Shown: in pieces, positions 15,825-24,785 of the stretch
Position numbering within the stretch: position 1 is the first letter of the stretch
Layout: every line of letters begins with the position of its first letter
Assembly: GCA_041752695.1 (NCBI GenBank)
Contig: JBGSVZ010000107.1
Location: 1-24,785, forward strand
Reading direction: 5' to 3'
DNA: 24,785 nt
Source of the DNA: Terrimicrobiaceae bacterium
Lineage (GTDB): Bacteria; Verrucomicrobiota; Verrucomicrobiia; Chthoniobacterales; Terrimicrobiaceae
Notes under the pieces: generated by a model
What the model was told of the DNA's origin: nothing
Seen by the model: only the letters and a program-made list of their open reading frames with translations
Databases searched by the model: none
Made by a program: the position numbers and the translations under genes

Positions 15825-16058
15825 TTAGGGGTTTATCTGGATCGTATAGTCCTCAATGACGGGGTTGGACAGGAGGTCCCGGGCGACTTCGTGGAGTTTC
15901 GCCTCGTCGGGGGCGGCGGGAAATTCGATCTCGATGGACTTGCCCACACGGACGCGCCCGACGGTTTCGAGGCCGAGGTGTTTCATGGCTTCGGCGGTGG
16001 CGGCCCCCTGCGGGTCGAGGACGGACGGTTTCGGCATCACGGTGACGATGGCTTTCAT
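15825..16058 (-). CDS. purS: Phosphoribosylformylglycinamidine synthase subunit PurS
   Basis: VLDPQG, VRVGK and LLSNPVIEDY motifs; start MKAIV at 16058. Confidence 0.95.
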   Translation of the reverse strand: MKAIVTVMPKPSVLDPQGAATAEAMKHLGLETVGRVRVGKSIEIEFPAAPDEAKLHEVARDLLSNPVIEDYTIQINP

Positions 16059-16100
16059 CTGTCGGAGAATTTCGTGTCCACGCGCCGCGGACAAGCGGAT

Positions 16101-17669
16101 TTATGACTTCCGTCGAAAGTAGGCGACCCCGCCGGTCAGAATCCCCACCGCCAGACAGGCCAGGGAAAAGACGTCGCCGTTGAGGGTGTAGAAGGTTTTG
16201 GCGGGATTGACAGGCACTGCGACCTCGCCAATCAGAAGGCCTTCAAAAAACGTCCGGCCTTGTTCGTTGACCAGGATATTGGCGGGGCGCCCGAAGCGGT
16301 CGATAATCCCGCTCACGCCCGTGTTGGCGGCGCGGAGCATGGGGAGTTTGGTCTCGGCGCAGCGGAAAAGCGCGTGATGAAAATGTTGCTGCGAGCCGGC
16401 ACTTTCCAGAAACCATCCGTCGTTGGTCACCGTGACAAACAACTGCGCGCCCAGGCCGGCAAATTGCCGCGCCAGATCGCCCAGGGTATCTTCGAAACAA
16501 ATCAGCGGGGCAATTTTCACAGGCTGGGCCGCCATTTCCAGGAGCTTGGGGCCTGGTCCGAAGGAAAAATCATCGGGCACCAGGTCCCCCACGATCATGG
16601 CAAAGAGCGGAAAACTTTGCCGCAGAGGCACGTATTCGCCAAAGGGCACGAGGTGAACCTTGTGATAAAGGGCGGCTTTCGCCCCCTGTTCGGTGAGGAG
16701 CGCAGCGGAGTTAAAATCGCCATAGACGGTGCCCAGCAGGAAGTCGCCCTTGTGCTGCTTGGCGACGGCGAGGACAGCGTCCCAGTTCGCCTGGTCCTGC
16801 AGAGCCGGCTGGGGCGTGGCCGCCTCCGGCCAGACCAGCAGGTCGGGTTTCATGGCCAGCGCGGTCTCGGACAGTCGCGTGTGCAGATCCAGAATGAACT
16901 TCTCGTTCATCAGATCGCGCTTGGCATGGACCGGAATGTTCGCCTGCACCGCCGCGACCCGAAGGGGCAGGGATTCCACCGGTTTGGCAAAAAGTTGCCG
17001 GACCCCGTAGCCAAAAACGACCGCTACCAAGGCCACGGTGAGACTGAAATCGTAATGCGGACGCAGGGCATGGCGGCCGAGTTCCGTCCTCACCCGCTTC
17101 ACCGTGATGACGATCATCACATTCACCATCACCAGCAAAAACGACAACCCGCCGACTCCGGTGATATCCGCAATCTGGATGAGGGCGAGATTGCGGTGCA
17201 GAGCAATCCCGAGGGAATTCCAGCCAAACCCGGTGAAAATTTCCCCGCGCACCCATTCCAGCCCGACCCAAGCCGAGGCCGACAGCGCGGCGACACGCAG
17301 ATTGTTCCAGGATTTGAGCCAGACCGGACGGGCTTCATAAGGCGACTGGCGCGGACACAGAATCGCCCCGGTAAAGGCAGCCCAGAGCGCGGGGTAAATC
17401 GCGACATAAGCGGAAAGGGCGATCCAGCCCAGCGTGGTCACGGTGACGAGCCAATGGAGGCTGCCCAGAAAATAACCGAAGCCCGTTAAATACCCGAGTA
17501 GGAAAAGCCGCCAGTCGTCGTGTTTTTTCCAAGGTTCTGAAAACCAGAGCGCCGCAATGAGAGGCGTGAGCGCAAACCACGCGAAGCCGCCCTGGTCCAC
17601 CGGAGCAAAACACAAGGCCAGCATCACTCCGCTCGCAAGCGCACACAGCCATGGCCAGAAAGTTTTCAT
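16101..17669 (-). CDS. lnt: Apolipoprotein N-acyltransferase
   Basis: Multi-TM N-terminus; nitrilase triad WPE, YHKVHLVPFGEY, LICFED; TNDGWF and RAANTGVS motifs. Confidence 0.95.
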   Translation of the reverse strand: MKTFWPWLCALASGVMLALCFAPVDQGGFAWFALTPLIAALWFSEPWKKHDDWRLFLLGYLTGFGYFLGSLHWLVTVTTLGWIALSAYVAIYPALWAAFTGAILCPRQSPYEARPVWLKSWNNLRVAALSASAWVGLEWVRGEIFTGFGWNSLGIALHRNLALIQIADITGVGGLSFLLVMVNVMIVITVKRVRTELGRHALRPHYDFSLTVALVAVVFGYGVRQLFAKPVESLPLRVAAVQANIPVHAKRDLMNEKFILDLHTRLSETALAMKPDLLVWPEAATPQPALQDQANWDAVLAVAKQHKGDFLLGTVYGDFNSAALLTEQGAKAALYHKVHLVPFGEYVPLRQSFPLFAMIVGDLVPDDFSFGPGPKLLEMAAQPVKIAPLICFEDTLGDLARQFAGLGAQLFVTVTNDGWFLESAGSQQHFHHALFRCAETKLPMLRAANTGVSGIIDRFGRPANILVNEQGRTFFEGLLIGEVAVPVNPAKTFYTLNGDVFSLACLAVGILTGGVAYFRRKS

Positions 17670-17715
17670 CGCGCCGCAGAGAAAACACCGACCCCGCGTT
17701 TCCGCCAAGGCGTTT

Positions 17716-18108
17716 TCAAGGGGCCTCCGGAGAATCCTTGAGCAATTCGGGCGGAAGGGAAAGGTCCACCGTCACCTGGCAGGGCGTGCCGGCCTTGGCC
17801 CCGCGGAACGGCTCCAGCAGCCGGAGCCGGAACCGGGTAGTGTCTCCCGAAGGAACAAGCTCCGCCACATACCCGGTGCTCCGCACGCCCTCCACGGAAA
17901 CAATCACCTTGGCCCCCTTGCGAATCAGTGGAGCCTTCTCCGGGGCGAACTCGGCAAGGGCCAACTTCTCGTCCACCAACTCCGCACGAACAGCACTGGG
18001 GCGCTCGGCAATGTAGTTTCGCCACGTCATCGCACCTCCCAACGTCGCCAGGACGATCATGGTGATAACGATGGCGGGTCCGGCGAAGTTTCTTTTTTGG
18101 CCTGTCAT
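17716..18108 (-). CDS. Hypothetical membrane-anchored protein (beta-barrel-like C-terminus)
   Basis: 130 aa with N-terminal TM; co-oriented upstream of lnt. Confidence 0.7.
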   Translation of the reverse strand: MTGQKRNFAGPAIVITMIVLATLGGAMTWRNYIAERPSAVRAELVDEKLALAEFAPEKAPLIRKGAKVIVSVEGVRSTGYVAELVPSGDTTRFRLRLLEPFRGAKAGTPCQVTVDLSLPPELLKDSPEAP

Positions 18109-18391
18109 GTGGGGAAAAACTTATCTGCGAGGCACTCGAAGGAAAGGAAAAGACTGGGGAGACCTCGCTTTCCGGCCCCTTCGCCTCCCGACGGTTCTCA
18201 CCCTTGGGAGCACCCTCGCGGCGACCATTCGCGCCCCGGGCTCGTTGACTTTTCTCCGCCGGGATTTTCTCGGAGTCGGCCGATGGGGCGACCCCGGGGA
18301 AAATCGCGCAGGTTTCCGCTTGTCCGTACCGGGGAAACGGGTTTCTATTTGACACTCTGTTTTACCGCCACAGCCCGTATTTGAGACGATC

Positions 18392-20221
18392 ATGCGAATT
18401 TCCCCCAAACTGACAGCCAGCCTCGCCGCGACCCTCTCCGCAGCCGCTCTCCACGCCCAGGCTCCCGCTCCGGCCGCCCCCGCTCCGAAAAATCTCGTTA
18501 GCAACGGGGGATTCGAATCCTCCTTTCGACGGGAAAATCTCTGGGACGGCGTGGACAATGCGGGCTACCTCACCGGGGAACGCGGCGCCGTGCCCATCCT
18601 CACCACCAGCGGACAGATCAGCGAAAGCGCGATGCCGGTCTCCGTCTCCGTGGCGGATATGAACGGAGACAAACTGCCGGACATCGTAACGATGGATGTC
18701 TTGAGCTATCTGCGGATCTTTTTTAACAGTGGCACCCCTCAAGCGCCGAAGTTCACCGTTGGCGAACTTGGCGGAATCTTCCTGAGCAGAACGCCGGGGA
18801 CGGACCCCATTCTGGACGGCGGGGTAAAATCCGCCGACCACGCCCGCATGGCGACCCGCATGTTCCCGACCGAGATCATGAAATCCGGGAAGAAGGATCT
18901 GATTGTCGGCAACTATATTGGGGAAGTGCTCCTGATTCCCAACTCGGGATCCAACCAGGCGCCCGACTTCAAGCAACCCCCCGACGTCGGCCGTGCGGCC
19001 GTTCCGACGATGAAAGATCCCACCAAAAAATGGGGCAACGTATTTGCCCCCACGACTTGGGATTGGAACAAGGACGGCAAGGAAGATCTTCTGCTGGGAG
19101 AGGGTTCGTATTCCGCAAATAACATCCACCTTCTCCTCAATCTGGGTTCGGGAGCCAAACCCACCTTCGACGAATCCAACCGTCACGTCATTGCTTTCGG
19201 CGATGGTCTCGAGCAACTCACCCCCGTGGTGGTGGATTACAATGGCGACGGCGTCCCTGATCTTCTGGTCGCCGAACGCACGGGCAAAATCGCCGTCTAT
19301 CTCAACAAAGGCCAAGCCCTCAAAATGGGCGAAAAGCCCGCGGAACTTCCTTTCGCCTCATTTGTCAGCGGAGCCACCGGCAGCACCCCTCTGACCTTTG
19401 GCGGCATCAGCACCGTCTCGACCGGCGACCTTAACGGGGACGGACTTTTCGATCTCGTCGTCGGAAAAACAAACGGGCGCGTCGCCATGGCAATGAACAC
19501 CGGGACAAAAACGGAACCCAAGTTTGCCGCCCCGGTGGAAATCAAGGGGGACACGGGCACGGTTCCACTGGCAGTTCCCTCGGGATGGGACGTCGATTAC
19601 GGGCTCCGACGCGGCAACTTTTACGGTTACATGAGCGTGGTCAAAGCCGAGGAAGATCCGGCAGCCATCCCGGCGGAAGGCAAGGCTGCGCTCAAGGTTG
19701 GCTACATGCCCTCCCCCAACAAAATTATGCCGGCACCGACGACTTTCACCCAGGCGTTTGCGAACTGGAGCCTCAAAAAACCGGATTTCTTTGGCGGTGC
19801 CGAAGCCCAAATGAACGGCGCCCCGGCGCGGTATTTTAACATGCGCCAACTCGGTCGCTTCCGGCTCAAGCTCAATGGAAACTACACGTTGACTTTCAAA
19901 GTGAAGGGCAAGTTCAACGACGGACAGGCCTTCATCGGCTGGACAGGGTACAAAAAACTGGGGGAAGCCCGCGTGACCGTGGGCGACCGCGGCTCGGCTA
20001 CGGTCCAGGCCAACGAAGTGCGTGACGAAAACTTCGAGACCATCAAGTTCTCCGGCGGCCCCGCCTGGGTCGAGGTGCGGAAGGACTTTAAGGTGACCCT
20101 TCGCCCGAAGGAACTCCAGGATCTGAAGGATACGACCACCACCCTGCTGGATCTCTCCTTCACCGTACCGCAGGACGGCGTCGCCTACTTTGACGACGTT
20201 AAGATCGTCGAACGTCCTTAA
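18392..20221 (+). CDS. Secreted FG-GAP/VCBS repeat protein with carbohydrate-binding-module-like segments
   Basis: Signal peptide ending ALHA-Q; repeats DMNGDKLPDIV, DWNKDGKEDLLLG, DYNGDGVPDLLV and DLNGDGLFDLVVG. Confidence 0.9.
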   Translation: MRISPKLTASLAATLSAAALHAQAPAPAAPAPKNLVSNGGFESSFRRENLWDGVDNAGYLTGERGAVPILTTSGQISESAMPVSVSVADMNGDKLPDIVTMDVLSYLRIFFNSGTPQAPKFTVGELGGIFLSRTPGTDPILDGGVKSADHARMATRMFPTEIMKSGKKDLIVGNYIGEVLLIPNSGSNQAPDFKQPPDVGRAAVPTMKDPTKKWGNVFAPTTWDWNKDGKEDLLLGEGSYSANNIHLLLNLGSGAKPTFDESNRHVIAFGDGLEQLTPVVVDYNGDGVPDLLVAERTGKIAVYLNKGQALKMGEKPAELPFASFVSGATGSTPLTFGGISTVSTGDLNGDGLFDLVVGKTNGRVAMAMNTGTKTEPKFAAPVEIKGDTGTVPLAVPSGWDVDYGLRRGNFYGYMSVVKAEEDPAAIPAEGKAALKVGYMPSPNKIMPAPTTFTQAFANWSLKKPDFFGGAEAQMNGAPARYFNMRQLGRFRLKLNGNYTLTFKVKGKFNDGQAFIGWTGYKKLGEARVTVGDRGSATVQANEVRDENFETIKFSGGPAWVEVRKDFKVTLRPKELQDLKDTTTTLLDLSFTVPQDGVAYFDDVKIVERP

Positions 20222-20224
20222 CAC

Positions 20225-21199
20225 GTGGCTGAGGGGATCGGGACGGCCTTTGTCCTCGGCGCAGGCCTGGGCACCCGGCTAAGGCCACTGACCGAAGAGC
20301 GCCCCAAGCCGCTCGTTCCCATCGTCCACAAGCCCCTCATCACGTTCGCGTTCGATCACCTACACGCCTGCGGAGTGCGGCGTTTTGTCGTCAATACGCA
20401 TCACCGTCCGGAAGCCTATGGCGAATTACTCGGGGAAAAAAACGGCTGGTCGCAGTATCGCGACAGCGAGGTTCACTACCGCCATGAGCCCGAACTTCTC
20501 GAAACCGGAGGAGGCATCGCAAATATCCGCGATCTCGTGGGGGAAACGCCATTTCTTGTGCACAACGGCGACGTTCTGGCCGACCTGCCCCTGGCACAGT
20601 TGGTCGAAACCCATCTCGCCACCGGCAATATTGCGACCCTCGGTCTGCGGAGTTTCGGCGGCCCCTGCCAGGTGCAATACGATGCGGCAACCGGCCGCGT
20701 CACCGATATTCGCGGAGCCATCGGAGGCCGCTCCGAGCCGGGCTTTCTGTTTACGGGAGTCTATGTCCTCTCCCCGGAAATTTTCCGTCAGATGCCCGAC
20801 GAGCGGATTTTTTCGATCATCCCGGTATTTCTGAACCTCATTCGTCGTGGCCTCCCGGTTGGCGGGGTCGTTCTGGACGAAGGTCTATGGTTCGACCTTG
20901 GCACCCGTTCCTCCTACCTCGCGGCGCACGATCTTTTTCTCCGAAAAGGGCAGACGCTCTCCTACCCCGTTGACCGTCCCTGGCCGGTGCCGATCGACCC
21001 CACCGCCCACATCGCCGCAGATGTCGTGATCACCGGGGCCTGCGTGATCGGCCCGGGCGCGGAGGTCGCCGGCGGAGCGCACCTGACCGATTGCGTGGTG
21101 TGGGAAAATGCGAAAATCGCTTCCCGCGCGCGACTCGAGCGCTGTATTGTCCGGAACGGTCGCTCCGCCGCAGGAACCCAGCGCGACGCCGATTTTTAA
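20225..21199 (+). CDS. Sugar-phosphate nucleotidyltransferase (MurU-like)
   Basis: LGAGLGTRLRPLT..RPKPL, LETGGGI, NGDV and WFDLGT motifs; C-terminal hexapeptide-like repeats. Confidence 0.9.
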   Translation: MAEGIGTAFVLGAGLGTRLRPLTEERPKPLVPIVHKPLITFAFDHLHACGVRRFVVNTHHRPEAYGELLGEKNGWSQYRDSEVHYRHEPELLETGGGIANIRDLVGETPFLVHNGDVLADLPLAQLVETHLATGNIATLGLRSFGGPCQVQYDAATGRVTDIRGAIGGRSEPGFLFTGVYVLSPEIFRQMPDERIFSIIPVFLNLIRRGLPVGGVVLDEGLWFDLGTRSSYLAAHDLFLRKGQTLSYPVDRPWPVPIDPTAHIAADVVITGACVIGPGAEVAGGAHLTDCVVWENAKIASRARLERCIVRNGRSAAGTQRDADF

Positions 21200-21201
21200 G
21201 C

Positions 21202-22191
21202 ATGCTTCCGCGCACTGTCATCAACCAAACCATCGAGCGTTTTCCCGATTACGCAGCGGAGGATTTTGAAGTTCTCCCGCTGGAAAAGGGCGGTTCGGAG
21301 CGCAAGTTTTACCGCATCCAGTCCGGTCCCAGCCACTCGATGATTGTGGTGAAATACTCCAGCCAGAAGGAGGAAAATCGCCACTACGTCACCATCGCCC
21401 AGTTCCTGGCAGGGGCCGGGGTGAGCGTGCCGAAGATTTTTTTCCACGACGCCGACGAGGGGCTCATCTGGATGCAAGACCTCGGCGAAGAAGACCTCTG
21501 GGCCTCGCGTCACGCCCCGTGGGAACACCGCCGCCCGCTCTACGAATCCGCCTTGGTGGAGGTTTGCAAGATGCACACCGCCGCCACCCGTCGACTGCAA
21601 GGCTCCCACCTGCAGCTCGAACGGGAGTTCAGCGACCAGCTCTACCTTTGGGAACAGGGGTATTTTTTTGAAAATTGCCTGAGCGCCCACTTTGGCCTCG
21701 GAGAATCCGCCGTCCGCCGTTACGCAGAGCTTCCCATTTTTCCCGACATCGCGCGGCGTCTCGCCTCCCTGCCCCGTGTGCTGGTCCATCGGGATTTCCA
21801 GTCGCAGAACATCCTCATTCAGGACGCTGCAGCCTGGTTGATTGACTTTCAGGGCATGCGCCCCGGCCTGCCACAATACGACATCGCCTCGCTGCTCTAC
21901 GATCCTTACGTCACACTGCGCGAGGAAGAACGCCTCGTTCTGCTGGGGCATTACAAACGCAACGCCCGTCTTGCCGGAATGGAGATCGCCCCGGACTTTG
22001 ACGCAACTTTTTACCACTGCGCCCTCCAGCGCCTCATGCAGGCACTGGGCGCCTACGGGTTTCTCGGCCTGCAAAAGGGCCGCGCCGATTTTCTCGCCCA
22101 CATCCCCGCGGCCCGGCGCTCCCTCCGCGAAGTGGCCGCCCGCATCGACGGACTCGATGAATTCGTCACCCTGCTTGATACCTTGCCATGA
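21202..22191 (+). CDS. APH-family sugar kinase (AmgK-like)
   Basis: GGSERKFYRI, QDLG, HRDFQSQNI, IDFQG, YDIASLLYDPY and LQRLMQALG motifs; ATG at 21202; adjacent to the MurU-like gene. Confidence 0.85.
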   Translation: MLPRTVINQTIERFPDYAAEDFEVLPLEKGGSERKFYRIQSGPSHSMIVVKYSSQKEENRHYVTIAQFLAGAGVSVPKIFFHDADEGLIWMQDLGEEDLWASRHAPWEHRRPLYESALVEVCKMHTAATRRLQGSHLQLEREFSDQLYLWEQGYFFENCLSAHFGLGESAVRRYAELPIFPDIARRLASLPRVLVHRDFQSQNILIQDAAAWLIDFQGMRPGLPQYDIASLLYDPYVTLREEERLVLLGHYKRNARLAGMEIAPDFDATFYHCALQRLMQALGAYGFLGLQKGRADFLAHIPAARRSLREVAARIDGLDEFVTLLDTLP

Positions 22192-24188
22192 CCCTGAGCG
22201 ACGCCGAGACAGTCATCATTCAAAACATCACCCCGCAACTCGACCACGGACGCTACGCAATCAAACGCGCCGAGGGCCAGAATCTTGTCGTGGAGGCGGA
22301 CATTTTTAAAGAAGGTCACGACGTCGTTTCGGCCCTTTTGAAATGGCGCAAAAAGGGCGCCGCCACCTGGCGGGAAACCCCGATGACGCCGCTGCTCAAC
22401 GACCGCTGGCAGGGCGTATTTTCCGTCACAGACATCGGCCCCTGGGAATACACCGTCGAAGCCTGGGGCGACACTTTCAAATCCTGGCAGGAAGAGATTC
22501 ACAAAAAATTTCACGGCGGCCTCCGCGACCTCCGCAGTGAATCCCTGGAAGGCGCTGCGCTGGTGACCCAGGCTGCTGCCCGCGCCGGCAAATCTCCCGA
22601 CGCCAAGAAGCTCAAAACTTTCGCTGTGAAACTCCAGGAAGCCGATGCCGAGTCCACCAACCAACTCGCCTCGACCAAGGACCTCGCAGCCCTGATGACT
22701 GTCTGGACCGACCGGTCGCTCTCCACCGAACACTCCCCCTCCCTGCCGCTCTGGGTGGACCGAACCCGCGCCGCTTACGCCGCTTGGTACGAATTTTTCC
22801 CCCGGTCCGCCGAAGGCAAGGCCGACAGCGGCTCCACTTTCCGCGACTGCCTTGGCCGCGTGGACGATGCGCGGGCGATGGGGTTTGACGTCATCTATTT
22901 TCCGCCCATCCATCCCATCGGGGAATCCAACCGCAAGGGGCGCAACAACTCCCTCAAATGCGAACCCGGGGAACCCGGCGTGCCTTACGCCATCGGCAAC
23001 CACCGCCAGGGCGTCAACGGCGGCGGCCACAAGGATGTCGCACCCGAACTCGGCACGCTGGAGGATTTTTCCTGGCTGGTCGGCGAGATCAAAAACCGCG
23101 GTTTGGAAGTCGCCATCGATTTTGCGATCAACTGCTCCCCCGACCACCCCTACGTCGAGGCCCACCCGGAGTGGTTTTTCAAACGGCCGGACGGCACCAT
23201 CAAATACGCCGAAAATCCGCCGAAAAAATACGAGGACGTTTACCCGCTGAATTTCCACAACGCGGACTGGAAGGCCCTTTGGACCGAGATGAAGGACGTC
23301 ATCGCCTTCTGGTGCCGACTCGGCGTGCGGATCTTCCGCGTCGACAATCCGCACACCAAGCCGGTGTCCTTTTGGGAATATCTCATCGCGGAAATCCAGG
23401 CGGAATTTCCCGACGCCATCTTCCTCAGTGAAGCTTTCACCCGGCCCAAAATGATGCAGGTACTCGCCAAGGCCGGCTTTACCCAGAGTTACACGTATTT
23501 CACGTGGAGAAATTCCAAATACGAACTCACGGAATACCTCACCGAACTCACGCAGACGGAGATGAAGGACTATTTCCGGGCGAACTTTTTTGCCAACACC
23601 CCGGACATCCTCCCGTGGTTTCTCCAGCAAAGCGGACGCCCGGGTTTCCTCATCCGCGCCGCCCTCGCTGCCACGCTCTCGCCGGTGTACGGCATCTACA
23701 GCGGCTTCGAGCTCTGCGAAAACAGCCCCGTGCCCGGCAAGGAAGAGTACACCGACTCGGAAAAGTACCAGTTCAAGGGCCGCGACTGGAACGCGCCAGG
23801 GAACATTAAAGACTATCTCACACGTCTCAACGCCATCCGTCGCGACAACCGCGCGCTCCAGGAATACGACAACCTGCGTTTCCACCTCGTGGAAAACGAG
23901 AACATCCTCCTCTTCAGCAAAACGACGGCGGCGAAGGACAATCTCCTCCTCTGCGCCATCACGGTAGATCCTGTAAATCCTCAGACCGCCTTCGTCCACA
24001 CTCCGCTGGCCGATTTCGGAATTGCGGACACAGAAACCTACCAAGTTGAAGATTTGCTCACCGGCGAAAGGTTCTTTTGGACGGGGGGGCGCAATTTCAT
24101 CTCGCTGAATCCTCACACGCGCCCGGCCCACATCTTCCGCATTCGACGGAAAGCCGGACGGGATCAGGGCGCGGACCTGTATTTGTAA
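22188..24188 (+). CDS. glgE: Alpha-1,4-glucan:maltose-1-phosphate maltosyltransferase
   Basis: WYEFFPRS, PPIHPIG..NRKGRNN, YAENPPKKYEDVYP, FRVDNPHTKP, SEAFTRP and NTPDIL motifs. Confidence 0.96.
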   Translation: MTLSDAETVIIQNITPQLDHGRYAIKRAEGQNLVVEADIFKEGHDVVSALLKWRKKGAATWRETPMTPLLNDRWQGVFSVTDIGPWEYTVEAWGDTFKSWQEEIHKKFHGGLRDLRSESLEGAALVTQAAARAGKSPDAKKLKTFAVKLQEADAESTNQLASTKDLAALMTVWTDRSLSTEHSPSLPLWVDRTRAAYAAWYEFFPRSAEGKADSGSTFRDCLGRVDDARAMGFDVIYFPPIHPIGESNRKGRNNSLKCEPGEPGVPYAIGNHRQGVNGGGHKDVAPELGTLEDFSWLVGEIKNRGLEVAIDFAINCSPDHPYVEAHPEWFFKRPDGTIKYAENPPKKYEDVYPLNFHNADWKALWTEMKDVIAFWCRLGVRIFRVDNPHTKPVSFWEYLIAEIQAEFPDAIFLSEAFTRPKMMQVLAKAGFTQSYTYFTWRNSKYELTEYLTELTQTEMKDYFRANFFANTPDILPWFLQQSGRPGFLIRAALAATLSPVYGIYSGFELCENSPVPGKEEYTDSEKYQFKGRDWNAPGNIKDYLTRLNAIRRDNRALQEYDNLRFHLVENENILLFSKTTAAKDNLLLCAITVDPVNPQTAFVHTPLADFGIADTETYQVEDLLTGERFFWTGGRNFISLNPHTRPAHIFRIRRKAGRDQGADLYL

Positions 24189-24255
24189 GACCCTGATGCC
24201 TCAGAGAGGCCTTCGCACGAGAGCCACCGGGCACCTCCCGCCGCGATTCCAGGGT

Positions 24256-24627
24256 ATGAAAGTTCTTTGTCTCTCATCTGCAGTCGCCGCCTTCCTCCTT
24301 TTGCCCCTGATGGCTTTTGCCCAACAACCGACAGGAGGTCCCACCGGAGGGGGCGCCGGAAAACCAGCCGCGCCAGCCGCCGGGGTCCGCCAATCCGATG
24401 CCGGGCAGACTCCGAACATCGATCCCCGCCCCAACCCACAAGCCACGTCGCCTTCCCCGACCGCAACCCCCTTCCCCAGTCCGACGTTCGCTCCCACCGC
24501 CACGCCGTATCCAAGTCCGACGTTCGCTCCAACCGCCACCCCCTTTCCGAGCCCCACCTTTGCTCCCACGGCAACTCCCCTTCCCTCTCCCACCATCGCG
24601 CCCACGCGGGCTCCTTTGGGAAATTGA
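24256..24627 (+). CDS. Secreted Pro/Thr-rich repeat protein
   Basis: Signal peptide MKVLCL...AFA-QQ; four PTATP(F/Y/L)PSPT(F/I)A repeats. Confidence 0.7.
   Translation: MKVLCLSSAVAAFLLLPLMAFAQQPTGGPTGGGAGKPAAPAAGVRQSDAGQTPNIDPRPNPQATSPSPTATPFPSPTFAPTATPYPSPTFAPTATPFPSPTFAPTATPLPSPTIAPTRAPLGN
24457..24600 (+). repeat. 36-bp coding tandem repeat x4
   Basis: Units differ mostly at synonymous positions while the 12-aa unit is conserved. Confidence 0.85.
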
Positions 24628-24785
24628 CGCATCCCCCAAAAATACGCAGCAATTCTCATTTTAGGGAAGCGCTGATTAATTCACCGAAGCCGGTCGGCAT
24701 GACCGGAGTGAGGAATTTTCGAAAAAATGGCTACAAGGATCCGGTGCGTGGTGACCGAATCTTCGATAATTGCAGCGATGTGGTA

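Noticed and set aside
9806..18354. TTGACA hexamers upstream of yebC (9806-9811, minus) and of the FG-GAP gene (18349-18354, plus)
   Set aside because: No credible -10 element at 16-18 nt spacing
21202..22191. Aminoglycoside resistance phosphotransferase
   Set aside because: Motifs and pairing with a MurU-like NTase indicate an AmgK-type sugar kinase
7296..24131. Long antisense ORFs (7296..8936, 10156..11658, 13393..15411, 16260..17489, 22053..24131)
   Set aside because: Shadow frames opposite well-recognised genes, expected from high-GC codon usage
24699..24785. Possible gene start at the right edge
   Set aside because: Too short to identify or to choose a frame

Overview
High-GC bacterial chromosome segment; gene style and A-rich, SD-less starts suggest Verrucomicrobiota (inference only). 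Bases 1-3704 are an integron gene-cassette array on the minus strand: 8 small cassette ORFs, 7 complete attC sites plus 1 truncated, and an attI-like head at about 3698-3716. No integrase gene is visible next to it. The most striking observation is that the attI-like site and 6 of the 7 complete attC sites carry short ATG-initiated ORFs. In the attC sites these start at or just after the previous cassette's stop. All cross the G|TT recombination point in the same register and stop on or within 9 nt of the next cassette's ATG, which looks like a shuffle-proof translational relay. About 1.1 kb of repeat-rich non-coding DNA follows. The rest is mainly housekeeping: a YfgM-like TPR protein, cysK, pterin dehydratase, rho with a long disordered N-terminus, yebC, an ABCG-type transporter, a nucleotidyltransferase/small-protein pair, purL-purQ-purS interrupted by an inverted-repeat-bracketed GxxExxY nuclease, lnt, a secreted FG-GAP protein, a MurU-like/AmgK-like pair, glgE and a Pro/Thr-repeat secreted protein.
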